Assembly: GCA_003229305.1 (NCBI GenBank)
Contig: QIDH01000056.1
Coordinates: forward strand, 3,777-67,776
Reading direction: 5' to 3'
Origin: Acidimicrobiia bacterium
GTDB taxonomy: Bacteria > Actinomycetota > Acidimicrobiia > Spongiisociales > Spongiisociaceae
DNA length: 64,000 nt
A program made the position numbers and the translations under genes. Below, in pieces: positions 55,124-64,000 of this stretch. Below the pieces are notes generated by a model, which was not told the DNA's origin, ran no database searches, and worked only from the letters and a program-made list of their open reading frames with translations. Every line of letters starts with the position of its first letter. The stretch's first letter is position 1.

Positions 55124-57061
55124 TCAACGCCGGCGCATATAGTCGCGGACCACCATTTCGCCGATGTCTGATGAGGCTTGAACAGCAAAAACTCTCCCCT
55201 TGACGACTCTGGCCAGCTTGTCGACGAAATCCGACAGACTGGGATTCTGTTCGAGCATGAAGATGTTCATGGTCACTCCGGATCTGGCAAGGCGCAAGGC
55301 TTCCCTGAGAGTCTTCTCGATCGTTTCCCAGGCCGGTGGCCATTGAAAGAACACCTGGTCGCCGACCAGATGGGCAGTCGGCTCGCCATCGGTCACCAGG
55401 AGCACCTGCTTGGTAGCATCCCGATGTTTCGCCAGCATCCGGCCGGCCAGGTTGAAGGCGTGCTCCATGTTTGTCCCGTAGACGGGTTCCCAGTCGATCT
55501 CTCCAAGGGCGGCGGGAGTCATGGGTCTGGCGTAGTCACTGAATCCGACGATTTCGAGTTTGTCTTCCGGGTACTGCATCGAAATCAGCGAGTGAAGAGC
55601 CAGGGCCATCCTCTTGGCCGGCAGCCAGTGACCTCGCAATGGCATCGATCGGCTCATGTCGAGGAGTAGGACGGTCGCCACCGAAGTGCGTTGTTCTGCC
55701 TCGGCGATCTCGAAGTCCTCTGGCTTGAGTTTCACACGACCTTGTGTACGGCCCTCACGCAGTACCGCGTTGTGTACGGTCCGGCGCAGGTCGAGTCTGA
55801 ACGCATCTCCGTGCCTCCACGCCCTGGTCGATCCTGTCAGGTCTCCATCTCCCCCACCGACGAACACGTCATGGGATCCGGGCTGGTCATGGGTGAGGTC
55901 TTCAAAAACCCTCGAAAGGGCTCGCTCACCGAGCTTGCGCACTCCGCGCGGTGTGAGCTCCACCTTGCCGCCTGAGCGCGAGATCACACCTGCCTCCTGA
56001 AGGGCCCTTTCGATCTGGCGCAGCTTGTCGAGGTCTCTGGCGACGTCCTCGCCGAGAAGCCGACCGATCAGATCTGGGTCGATGTCTTCGATCGAAGCTC
56101 CTGGATAGTCTTGTTTGAGCAGGCGATCCAGCTCATCCATATCCGAGGCCTGCTCGATGGCTGCCAGGCTCTGCGCCAGCCCTGACCCTTCACCCCGAGC
56201 CTCAGACGGCACATCCCAAGCCTGACCTGGAGCCAACGCCCGAAGGGATCGCCCAAGCTGGTCCATTTGGAACTGCAGATCCAAGTCATCGAGGACAGCC
56301 GAGGACATGGCCGCTAGCTCCCGCTGCTGGTTTGGAGGAAGCGATGCCACGAAACGACTGAACGCAGCCGCCCTCGTCGCAAGGACCTCCAGGAGCTCCT
56401 CGATGTTCTGCGGATTCTCGGGGAAGAATTCGCCGTGCTTGTCAATGAAGTCTTCGAAGGCTTCTGGCGATGGACCTATCCCGGCCCGGTACTCGTCCAA
56501 CATCACGTTCAGGTCGGCCAGCATGTCCTTGACTTTGAACAGATCCTCTTGAGTAACCGAGCCAAGCGCCTCCGAGATGTTGGCGAACTGCTGCTCGAGC
56601 ATCTGGGCCCTCAGCTCGTCAACCAGCTCCCTGAAATCCTGGCCGGCGGGCCGCGAGGCAAAATCATATTGGCCGAGCTCGGCGATCTGGCGGGCGACAC
56701 CGGCGGGGAGCGCGTCGAGGGCTACCTCCTTGAACCGGGCGGCCTCGCCATCGTCCAATGACAGTTCCAACCGTTCCATCTCGACGATGTGGTCCAAACG
56801 CTCGCGAATGTCGGAAAGAATGTCTTCTCCCTTCGGCTGGGCCCGCCCGGCCTCGCGCAGGTGGTCCAGCCGGTCTCGCATGGATCGGAGCCCGCCGAAT
56901 CGGCTCTGCACGCCCTCGTCGAGGAGCCTGCGAATAGACCCTTGCGCTCCCCACCCCGCCAGGAGATCTTCGGAGAATTCCGCGACAATCTCGTCGATCG
57001 GGATGTCGCTCGACCACGGGTTCTGAGTGCCGTCCCACTCCGAGTAGTTGTGTCTACTCAT
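55124..57061 (-). CDS. von Willebrand factor A domain protein
   Basis: 645 aa. C-terminal VWA with MIDAS-like LLLDMSRSM ... VLLVTDGEPTAH. One-nt overlap with the upstream ATPase gene. Confidence 0.8.
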   Translation of the reverse strand: MSRHNYSEWDGTQNPWSSDIPIDEIVAEFSEDLLAGWGAQGSIRRLLDEGVQSRFGGLRSMRDRLDHLREAGRAQPKGEDILSDIRERLDHIVEMERLELSLDDGEAARFKEVALDALPAGVARQIAELGQYDFASRPAGQDFRELVDELRAQMLEQQFANISEALGSVTQEDLFKVKDMLADLNVMLDEYRAGIGPSPEAFEDFIDKHGEFFPENPQNIEELLEVLATRAAAFSRFVASLPPNQQRELAAMSSAVLDDLDLQFQMDQLGRSLRALAPGQAWDVPSEARGEGSGLAQSLAAIEQASDMDELDRLLKQDYPGASIEDIDPDLIGRLLGEDVARDLDKLRQIERALQEAGVISRSGGKVELTPRGVRKLGERALSRVFEDLTHDQPGSHDVFVGGGDGDLTGSTRAWRHGDAFRLDLRRTVHNAVLREGRTQGRVKLKPEDFEIAEAEQRTSVATVLLLDMSRSMPLRGHWLPAKRMALALHSLISMQYPEDKLEIVGFSDYARPMTPAALGEIDWEPVYGTNMEHAFNLAGRMLAKHRDATKQVLLVTDGEPTAHLVGDQVFFQWPPAWETIEKTLREALRLARSGVTMNIFMLEQNPSLSDFVDKLARVVKGRVFAVQASSDIGEMVVRDYMRRR

Positions 57062-58515
57062 CAGAGCCCGTACACGGTGGCTTCGGTCGAACCAGTTTTG
57101 TTGAGTCGACGGGTCAGATGTAGCCCTTCAAGCACGAACTCGAGCGCCGAGGCGGCGTGAGCGGGCGACTCTTGGGCCAGGTCCAGCCTGAGCGCCAGAC
57201 TGTTGAAATCCGGCAGATCAATCTGGCCGAGCAGGTCGGTCGGCGCTACCAGGTCGCCGGTCTCAACGGTCGCGCCCGATTCGAACATGTCGATGACCGG
57301 GGCAAAGTCGAATCCGGCCAGATGGTCGCGGAACGTCACGACCACCGCGGCGCCGAGAAGACGCCTGAGGATCTCGATCTCGCGTCCTTCTTCAAACACT
57401 TCGAATTCGACGCGTCCCATTGACGATTGCGTGACGGCAGCCAGGTCGCTGATCCTTGGAACAGCAGGTCCCTGGCCGGTCCTCAGCACCCTTCGCACGG
57501 CAGAGGCGACCACCGATTCCAGGTTGGCGATCGAAAAACGCACAGAGACGCCCGAGCGCTGGTTTATGTGGTCTGACGCCCGCACCGCGTGCGTGAATTG
57601 GGCGATGATCTCTTGCATGAACTCTGGGACGTCGACGTCGACGAGGTCGACCGGGCTCGAGGCCTCCATTTCCATGATCTCGATCTCGTCGCCGACCGAA
57701 GCTGGATAATGGGTCCTGACCTCGGAACCGAACCGATCCTTGAGGGGTGTGATGATCCGACCACGGTTGGTGTAGTCCTCTGGGTTGGCCGACGCAATCA
57801 TGAACATATCCAATGGCAGCTGGATCGTATAGCCCCGGATCTGAATATCACGTTCCTCGAGCACGTTGAGCAGCGACACCTGGATACGGGTGGGCAGGTC
57901 CGGCAGCTCGTTGATGCTGAAAATGCCACGGTTCGTCCTTGGAACCAGTCCGAAGTGAATTGTCTCCTCATCGGACAGATACCTCCCCTCTGCCACTTTG
58001 ATCGGGTCGACGTCTCCGATGAGATCCGCCACGGCCGTATCTGGCGTCGCCAGTTTTTCGGCGTAACGGGCCTCTCGATGTACCCACGAAATCGGGGCGG
58101 CCTGGCCGAGTTCTTCGACCAGATTCTTGCCGCCAACCGAAATCGGCGCGAAGGGGTGATCGTTGACCTCCGAACCGGCCAGGATCGGCATCCATTCGTC
58201 GAGAAGGTCGACCAACCGTCTGATCAGACGGGTCTTGGCCTGGCCCCGCTCACCCAGCAGTATGACATCGTGGCCGGCCAGAATGGCCCGTTCGAGGGCT
58301 GGGATGACCGTATCATCGAAGCCTACGATCCCAGGGAAGATCTGTGCGCCTGAACGAAGGCGGGAGGCCAAATTTTCTCGCAGCTCGTCCTTGACCGATC
58401 GAGATGCCCACCCAGATTCCCTCAGCTCACCGACCGTCGAGGGACGTTGCGCACCAGACCATGCGAGATTCATGGGCAGACCATAGGGCCATCGGACTGC
58501 AATCGGGTCGGCCAT
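57061..58515 (-). CDS. AAA+ ATPase, Mg-chelatase ChlI/MoxR-like (start 58473, 58515 or 58578)
   Basis: FPGIVGFDDTVIPALERAILAGHDVILLGERGQAKTRLIRRL and INELPDL Walker B-like motif; paired with the VWA gene. Confidence 0.75.
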   Translation of the reverse strand: MADPIAVRWPYGLPMNLAWSGAQRPSTVGELRESGWASRSVKDELRENLASRLRSGAQIFPGIVGFDDTVIPALERAILAGHDVILLGERGQAKTRLIRRLVDLLDEWMPILAGSEVNDHPFAPISVGGKNLVEELGQAAPISWVHREARYAEKLATPDTAVADLIGDVDPIKVAEGRYLSDEETIHFGLVPRTNRGIFSINELPDLPTRIQVSLLNVLEERDIQIRGYTIQLPLDMFMIASANPEDYTNRGRIITPLKDRFGSEVRTHYPASVGDEIEIMEMEASSPVDLVDVDVPEFMQEIIAQFTHAVRASDHINQRSGVSVRFSIANLESVVASAVRRVLRTGQGPAVPRISDLAAVTQSSMGRVEFEVFEEGREIEILRRLLGAAVVVTFRDHLAGFDFAPVIDMFESGATVETGDLVAPTDLLGQIDLPDFNSLALRLDLAQESPAHAASALEFVLEGLHLTRRLNKTGSTEATVYGL

Positions 58516-58576
58516 CGCACAGCCTCTGACGCCTCTAAGGTGCGAGGACCAACCTTCGTCTGTCAGGACTGTCACC

Positions 58577-59584
58577 ATGACTCAGTTTGCCTATTTCTGC
58601 GGCCACGAACAATGGCACCCGGAAGAACTCGTTCGCCACGCGCAGCTCGCCGAGGCCGCAGGATTCGACATGCTGGTCGTATCCGAACACTTCCATCCGT
58701 GGGTAGACGACGTATCGGCAGCCGGATTCGCGTTCTCGACCATCGGCGCGATGGCCCAGGCAACCGAGCGAGTCTCGTTCGCCACTGGTGTGACCACTCC
58801 GCTCTGGCGGTTTCATCCTGCGGTGATTGCCCAGGCTTCGGCCACACTCGATCGTCTCAGCGGGGGCCGGTTCAATCTTGGTGTTGGAACGGGAGAAAAT
58901 ATCAACGAGGGCCCTCTCGGGTTCAGCTTCCCTGCCTATGCCGAACGGGCGGCTCGGATGACGGAGGCCCTCGAGATCATGCGCGCGCTTCTCGACGGCG
59001 AAAAACTCACCTACGACGGCGACCACTACACGACCGACCGAGCAAAGCTGTACTCGCCCCCTGTAGGGCCCGTCCCGATCTACCTCGCGGCCGGTGGACC
59101 GAAATCCGCCGCCCTGGCTGCTCGCAAGGCCGAGGGAATCGTCACATCGGTGAAGGATCCAGCCGTCACATCGGAACGAGTGGTCGAACCGGCCAAGGCG
59201 GCCGCGGCCGACGCCGGACGACCTGCCCCGAAAATCCTGGCGACACGTTGGTCGATCATGGCGAACAACGATGAGGAGGCTTGGGAGGTCCTGATGCCAT
59301 GGCGGGGACTCCGGGCTCCAGGCCGCCTCGAGGCCGTCGATCCGAAGACCTTGCGAGAAAGGGCTGACGAACTACCTCGATCCGAGATCCTCGATCGATA
59401 TTCGAAGGTAACCAATGCGGACGAGATCGTTGCCACCTATCGACCGCTCGTCGAGGAACTCGATGCGGATATCGTGACCTTCCAGATGGCGTCGCTCGAT
59501 CAGGAAGCCCTGATTGAGCTGCTCGGGGCAGAGGTTCTGCCCCAGATGCGCCAGATCGCAGCGGACAGGAGCTCACACCACTAG
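58577..59584 (+). CDS. LLM-class F420-dependent oxidoreductase (G6PD-like family)
   Basis: GHEQWHPEELVRHAQLAEAAGFDMLVVSEHFHPW, HPAVIAQASATL and LGVGTGENINE are collinear with Fgd-type enzymes as remembered. Confidence 0.7.
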   Translation: MTQFAYFCGHEQWHPEELVRHAQLAEAAGFDMLVVSEHFHPWVDDVSAAGFAFSTIGAMAQATERVSFATGVTTPLWRFHPAVIAQASATLDRLSGGRFNLGVGTGENINEGPLGFSFPAYAERAARMTEALEIMRALLDGEKLTYDGDHYTTDRAKLYSPPVGPVPIYLAAGGPKSAALAARKAEGIVTSVKDPAVTSERVVEPAKAAAADAGRPAPKILATRWSIMANNDEEAWEVLMPWRGLRAPGRLEAVDPKTLRERADELPRSEILDRYSKVTNADEIVATYRPLVEELDADIVTFQMASLDQEALIELLGAEVLPQMRQIAADRSSHH

Positions 59585-60264
59585 CGATTCTCGAGTTCTT
59601 GCAGAGCATCGATGGCGACCTCCGGCAGGCGGTCCTCGCCCAACTGACGAGCCACGGCGAACGATGCCCGATTGTCGGCGACTTCATTGAACACAGCCGA
59701 TCTGGCTTCTCCTTCTGGCAAGGATTCGGTCCAGTCCCACAAGTTCGGGGCCAGCACTCCCCCGAAAGTCGCCAATAGGTCGACCTTCCATCCCTCGGCG
59801 GTAGAGCGGATCACCCACGGCGAGACCCGTCCGCTTGCCCCGATGGTGGTTTCGACCAGGACGAATTCGCCATCGTCACCAAGAGGTTTCGGTTCGCCCA
59901 CCTCGAGACGGCCGATCGACTGACCAGACAGGTCGGCGACCGACGCGGAGAAGGCGCCCCAGAACGAAACCAGAACATCGCCTGGGACGCCGCCCTGGAC
60001 CATTTCGGCTACTCGTTCCGGCCGGGTCCCGTCGACAAATGTCAGCAGCGCGAGCTGATCGTCGTCCACGTACCGCCCGGTCCCGGCGAAATCACCAGCC
60101 TCGAGGGCGTCGACCAGCGCCTGGAGCACGCCGGCCGGTTCGAGCGGATCGGCCACGTTCGTCGAGACAGCGGGTTCGTTCGCCGGCGTCGATCCGCAGG
60201 CAGCAATCAGGATGGCCGCGCCCAGAAATGTCGCCATCATCGTCGAACGACCGGAGGTCCTCAC
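59581..60264 (-). CDS. hypothetical lipoprotein
   Basis: Signal MMATFLGAAILIAACGS with lipobox. Confidence 0.45.
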   Translation of the reverse strand: MRTSGRSTMMATFLGAAILIAACGSTPANEPAVSTNVADPLEPAGVLQALVDALEAGDFAGTGRYVDDDQLALLTFVDGTRPERVAEMVQGGVPGDVLVSFWGAFSASVADLSGQSIGRLEVGEPKPLGDDGEFVLVETTIGASGRVSPWVIRSTAEGWKVDLLATFGGVLAPNLWDWTESLPEGEARSAVFNEVADNRASFAVARQLGEDRLPEVAIDALQELENR

Positions 60265-60821
60265 TCGACTGGCTCCTCGATGACGATCCGCCCCTCGGTG
60301 TACAGGCGTCTACGCGCCGAGGGCCGGGAAAGGCCGGCTCCTACCCACATCGAGAGGAGGTAGACGAAACCGGCAACCTCCTGAACGATGGTGAGGGGAC
60401 TAGAGAAGATCCGACCCAGAAACCCGCCCCAATAGTTGCCGACGAATCGTGAGAACTCTGTCCCGAACAGTGGCCAGAACAAGGTTTCTGGCATGGCCCA
60501 CATGCCATCCAACAACAAGTGAAATAGGACTCCAACGGATAGGGTGATGATCTTGTGGCGAGCGGTGGTTCCCCTCGAAGTCGCCAGCATCCCGACGGTC
60601 ATCAACGCAACAGCGAAGCCGAGGCTGTGAGCGAAGACGCGGGCGGTGCCGAAAGTACCTGGAAACAAGATGAGACCGATCGGTTTATCGATCAGATCAG
60701 AAAGCAGGCCGCCGAGGGCGACAAATCGAAGGTCGGCGTCGGGATCGCGAAAGATCCAGCGGAACAAGAAGACCGACCCGGCGACATGCCAGAGGATCAT
60801 GGGACGAGGATGGCTCCGCAA
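60261..60821 (-). CDS. membrane-bound metal-dependent hydrolase (YdjM/DUF457-like)
   Basis: LGGLLSDLIDKPIG and a histidine-rich helix pattern (HSLGF, HLLLDG). Confidence 0.55.
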   Translation of the reverse strand: MRSHPRPMILWHVAGSVFLFRWIFRDPDADLRFVALGGLLSDLIDKPIGLILFPGTFGTARVFAHSLGFAVALMTVGMLATSRGTTARHKIITLSVGVLFHLLLDGMWAMPETLFWPLFGTEFSRFVGNYWGGFLGRIFSSPLTIVQEVAGFVYLLSMWVGAGLSRPSARRRLYTEGRIVIEEPVE

Positions 60822-61522
60822 TGTACGCAGCGAGGTGGCTTGCCTTGGAGCGCTTCATGATGCTCGGCGGCCGACAGTTCGAGGTGGCAGGCTCCACACG
60901 TGCTGTGCTCCAGTGCCCCGACCACCACCCCACCCCTGCGATTCCGCAGGTCCGTGTACAAGTCGAGCAGATCTGAGGCGATCAGAGGAATGATCTCGGC
61001 CTTTCTGACCTCTTTGCGGGCGATCATGGCGTCGATCGACTTCCAGGCGTCAGCGATCATTTCTTCGAGGTGGCGCTCTTCGTCAGCCGCAGCATCAAGG
61101 GCTTTGCCAGCGGAGGAGAGCTGGATCTCGGCAGTCTCGCTGATGTCGAGCAATTCGAGCACCCGATCTTCCATGTTCGACTTGGAGATACGAAGTGATG
61201 CGACGTCTAGACGCATGTTCTCGGTTTCCTTGGCATTCATACCGCCGGCAAACAGGCGGCGCTCCTGCAGGTTCAGCTTGACCTCGGCAATCTCCAGCTC
61301 GCCTGAGAGCTTGTCTGCGTCAAGCGAAACGGCCTTGCTGTGATCCTCAGCGGCCTTTGCGGAGGCCTGTTTTGCGACAGCTTCGGCGTGGGCCGTCTTG
61401 TATTTCTCGAGTGCCGGAAGGTTCTGTCGATCGTCGAGGAGCTTGTCGATCGCCGAGTCGACCTCCTGAAGGTCGAGCAGGTCGGCGAGACTCCGCAACT
61501 CTTCCATCAACCGGTCTCCCAA
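60797..61522 (-). CDS. coiled-coil C4 zinc-ribbon protein (COG1579-like)
   Basis: Long coiled coil, then CGACHLEL...PRCVHCGAILVP. Confidence 0.7.
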   Translation of the reverse strand: MGDRLMEELRSLADLLDLQEVDSAIDKLLDDRQNLPALEKYKTAHAEAVAKQASAKAAEDHSKAVSLDADKLSGELEIAEVKLNLQERRLFAGGMNAKETENMRLDVASLRISKSNMEDRVLELLDISETAEIQLSSAGKALDAAADEERHLEEMIADAWKSIDAMIARKEVRKAEIIPLIASDLLDLYTDLRNRRGGVVVGALEHSTCGACHLELSAAEHHEALQGKPPRCVHCGAILVP

Positions 61523-62334
61523 GGACTGTCGTCGATTCCCGTAAGGTCGACCGCGCCACCGACGACCGACTCGACGAAAGAGTACAACGCTTTTACACCT
61601 GGCCGTTCGGTCGGCGCATGGCCAGGATCGATGACTGCCATTCCCAGCTCGTTGGCTTCTCGAGCCCGGTGATGGGAGACATCGCCAGTGACGAGCACGT
61701 CGGCTCCCGAGGATACCGCGTCGTCGATGAAGTCTGCTCCCGAACCTGGCACCACGGCCACCCTGGCGATCGGCCCGCAGAGATCTCCGGCGAGCCTTGC
61801 TCTCGAACCGAGCACCCTCTCGACGACGTTTGCCAGGGCGCGCAGCGACAGTGTCGAGACCGACCCAACCCTGCCGATCTTCGCCTCATTCCCGGCGGCA
61901 CCCGAGATGTCGAACTCAGAACGCTGATGCGGGTGGGCCACTTCGATTGTGCCAAATGCGCTGAGATCAACCAACCCAAGCGATGAGGCCAGCGAATCCG
62001 CTGTTCCGCCTTCTGCGGCATCGAAGTTGGTGTGCATGGTGAGTACTGCAACGCCCGCCTCGGCCAGCCGCAGAGCCCGCCCGGCCGCGTTCGGTCCGGC
62101 CGTCAACGACTCGAGCGGTCGAAAGATCAAGGGATGGTAGGTCACCACCAGACCTGGCCCGATCGCCAGGATCTTCTCCAATACGATTTCGGTGATTTCG
62201 TGACACACCACTACGCTGCGTGGTTCTCTGTTCGGGTTACCGAGCTGTAGGCCTACCGGGTCCCAGTCGGCAGCCGTTCCAAATGGGGCGATTCGATCAA
62301 GGGCGTCGATTACTTCGGCGATCGAACGTGGCAT
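61507..62334 (-). CDS. Nif3-like dinuclear metal centre protein
   Basis: DWDPVGLQLG, VVVCHEIT, LVVTYHPLIF and TGDVSHHRARE motifs. Confidence 0.8.
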   Translation of the reverse strand: MPRSIAEVIDALDRIAPFGTAADWDPVGLQLGNPNREPRSVVVCHEITEIVLEKILAIGPGLVVTYHPLIFRPLESLTAGPNAAGRALRLAEAGVAVLTMHTNFDAAEGGTADSLASSLGLVDLSAFGTIEVAHPHQRSEFDISGAAGNEAKIGRVGSVSTLSLRALANVVERVLGSRARLAGDLCGPIARVAVVPGSGADFIDDAVSSGADVLVTGDVSHHRAREANELGMAVIDPGHAPTERPGVKALYSFVESVVGGAVDLTGIDDSPWETG

Positions 62335-62531
62335 TAGGCGGACGATGGTACTCAGCCAAGTCTGAGTACGGCACGGTGGGTAGGCGTCTTGGGCGGATGC
62401 TCGTGTCGAGTGAAGAAAAAATCGAGGATCCGATAAACCTCGCCTACACGTTGAGGCGAGACTTCATTGGACCCCGAAGAAATCACCGCCATGTGAGGGC
62501 AGCACGTCGGCGACGAGGAGGATTGCTGGCG

Positions 62532-63545
62532 ATGAAAGCCCCTGGCGGACGAGTATCCGTTTTTTCAATGCTGTTCGTGATGATTGGCGCAGTGCTGGCA
62601 ACGGTCGGTCCGACTGCCCAACCTGCGTTGGCGGCCTCCGATGTCGAACAATGTTTCATCGACAGCATCAACGAGGCTAGGGCTGCCGAGGGAATCGCCG
62701 CTCTTGAATGGGTCGAGGACCTCGTCGACTACACCAGGGATCACTCGGCCGACATGGCGGCGAGCGGCGGACTGTTTCACTCGACTTCGGCCGAGTTGTC
62801 AGCAGTGTTGCCATCCGGTTGGACGTCGTGGGCCGAAAATATCGGCTGGCAGTCCAACCCGTCGCTGCCAGACTGCTCGACGATGTTCGATTCGTTCATG
62901 AACTCGACGGGACATCGGGACAATCTCATGAACCCGGCGTTTCAATTCGCCACCACCGGCGTCTACGTAGATGGGGCGGGCCAGCTTTGGACAACCCACG
63001 TCTTCTTTTCCAACCCGGACTATTCACCGACCTTCGAAGGAACCTTCGCAGACGATGACGGCTCTCCGTTTCAGGCGGACATCGAGAAGATCGCTGCTGC
63101 CGGTATCACCGGTGGATGTACGCCAGACCGGTTTTGCCCGAACCAATCCGTGACCAGAGCTCAGATGGCCGCGTTCTTGAACCGAGCCCTGAACCTTCCA
63201 GCCGCAGAAGATTTCGGGTTCGTCGACGTCGCCGGCATGTTCTCGGACGACATCAACCGGGTCGCGGCAGCAGGAATAACCACTGGCTGTAGCGCAGACC
63301 GATATTGCCCTTCCGACCTCATAACCCGAGCCCAGATGGCCGCATTCATGACGAGGGCTCTCGACTTGCCTCCCTCACCTCCTGCCGGTTTCAGCGACAC
63401 GGTCGGACACACGTTTGCCGATGAGATTGATCGACTTTCGGCTGCAGGAGTGACTCTGGGTTGCGGTGGAGACCAATTCTGCCCGAATGAACCCGTGACC
63501 AGAGGCCAGATGGCGGCGTTCCTCGTGCGAGGGCTAGATCTCTAG
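62532..63545 (+). CDS. secreted CAP/SCP-domain protein with three SLH-like Cys-containing repeats
   Basis: Signal MKAPGGRVSVFSMLFVMIGAVLATVGPTAQPALA. CAP motifs (INEARAAEGI, GHRDNLMNP). 3 x F.D....F..DI..L/IAAAGIT.GC..D.FCP...VTR.QMAAFL.RAL.LP. Confidence 0.7.
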   Translation: MKAPGGRVSVFSMLFVMIGAVLATVGPTAQPALAASDVEQCFIDSINEARAAEGIAALEWVEDLVDYTRDHSADMAASGGLFHSTSAELSAVLPSGWTSWAENIGWQSNPSLPDCSTMFDSFMNSTGHRDNLMNPAFQFATTGVYVDGAGQLWTTHVFFSNPDYSPTFEGTFADDDGSPFQADIEKIAAAGITGGCTPDRFCPNQSVTRAQMAAFLNRALNLPAAEDFGFVDVAGMFSDDINRVAAAGITTGCSADRYCPSDLITRAQMAAFMTRALDLPPSPPAGFSDTVGHTFADEIDRLSAAGVTLGCGGDQFCPNEPVTRGQMAAFLVRGLDL

Positions 63546-64000
63546 AGTCGCCCGCGAGCCAGGCACGCCCCCACTCTGGCCTGTTGATTCGCCCGCCTCC
63601 AGGATCGGATGCCACTTCGCCTTTGTGAACCGCACCCGCCAGGCAACCCCCAACAGCAGGGCCATCACTCCACCCGTCAACCAAGCAGAGCCGACCGTCG
63701 CATAAAGAGCCGGAGCCGCGACAGCTCCCATACCCGCCGCCAAGAGTCCGATGGCCTGGATCAGACCTTGCGCTTCGGCGAGCTGACCTGGCGGGCTCAC
63801 CCTCGCCATCGAAACCTCTGCCGGCGTATTGATGAAAGGAAACACCAACGCCTGGAGGATCGCCACGACGATGAGAAGGCTCAGGCTCCCGGCCGCTCCC
63901 AAGGCCCCTATCAAAGGAGCCTCCACGACCAGGGCGATCATGGCGATCATGAGCGGATTTCGGCGATCGGCCAACCTGCCGGCGAGCGGAGTGAGCATGA
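63534..64000 (-). CDS. MFS transporter, C-terminal part (gene continues beyond window end)
   Basis: LTPLAGRLADRRNPLMIAMIAL... and several helices. Far too short for a full MFS, so the frame probably stays open past base 64000. Confidence 0.5.
   Translation of the reverse strand, partial: MLTPLAGRLADRRNPLMIAMIALVVEAPLIGALGAAGSLSLLIVVAILQALVFPFINTPAEVSMARVSPPGQLAEAQGLIQAIGLLAAGMGAVAAPALYATVGSAWLTGGVMALLLGVAWRVRFTKAKWHPILEAGESTGQSGGVPGSRATLEI

Noticed and set aside
1-64000. Search for tRNA, rRNA, CRISPR arrays, IS or transposase genes, integrases
   Set aside because: No T-loop or anticodon-arm patterns were seen. No spaced direct-repeat arrays, DDE or tyrosine-recombinase-like ORFs, or terminal inverted repeats were seen either. 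This was an eyeball scan only, so small elements could have been missed.

Overview
High-GC chromosomal segment of about 75 tightly packed genes with many ATGA/TGATG start-stop overlaps. It carries actinobacterial hallmarks: a Cdc48-like AAA ATPase, an F420-type LLM oxidoreductase, the DUF3090/SCO1664/phosphomutase trio, a DEDD+GIY-YIG exonuclease and a QcrB-type fragment. Housekeeping content includes the hrpA 3' end, prpE, leuB, pntAA-AB-B, glgC, trpD, rnpB (RNase P RNA), an aquaporin and a P-type ATPase+TerC pair. There are two type II toxin-antitoxin pairs (VapBC and Xre/RES). The region that deserves attention is 26.8-50.8 kb. It starts with a complete System I cytochrome c maturation operon (tlpA, lgt-like, ccmABCDEFHIG, including an uncalled 38-codon ccmD). 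Next comes a ~6-kb island of membrane-anchored c-type cytochromes with 4+7+1+3 haem motifs (one is CX3CH), an NHL beta-propeller, and a CopG/DUF411 lipoprotein whose CxCC motif carries an in-frame TGA (selenocysteine candidate or pseudogene). The region ends with a second ccmF-H-I-G paralogue set, a TlpA-like redoxin, a Crp-family regulator and CcdA. CRP-type palindromes lie upstream of island genes. I read this as a candidate uncharacterised multihaem electron-transfer module of a monoderm actinobacterium with its own maturation and regulatory genes; the function is inference only. No tRNA, rRNA, CRISPR array or obvious transposase was seen. All family calls come from motif recognition by eye, not from database searches.
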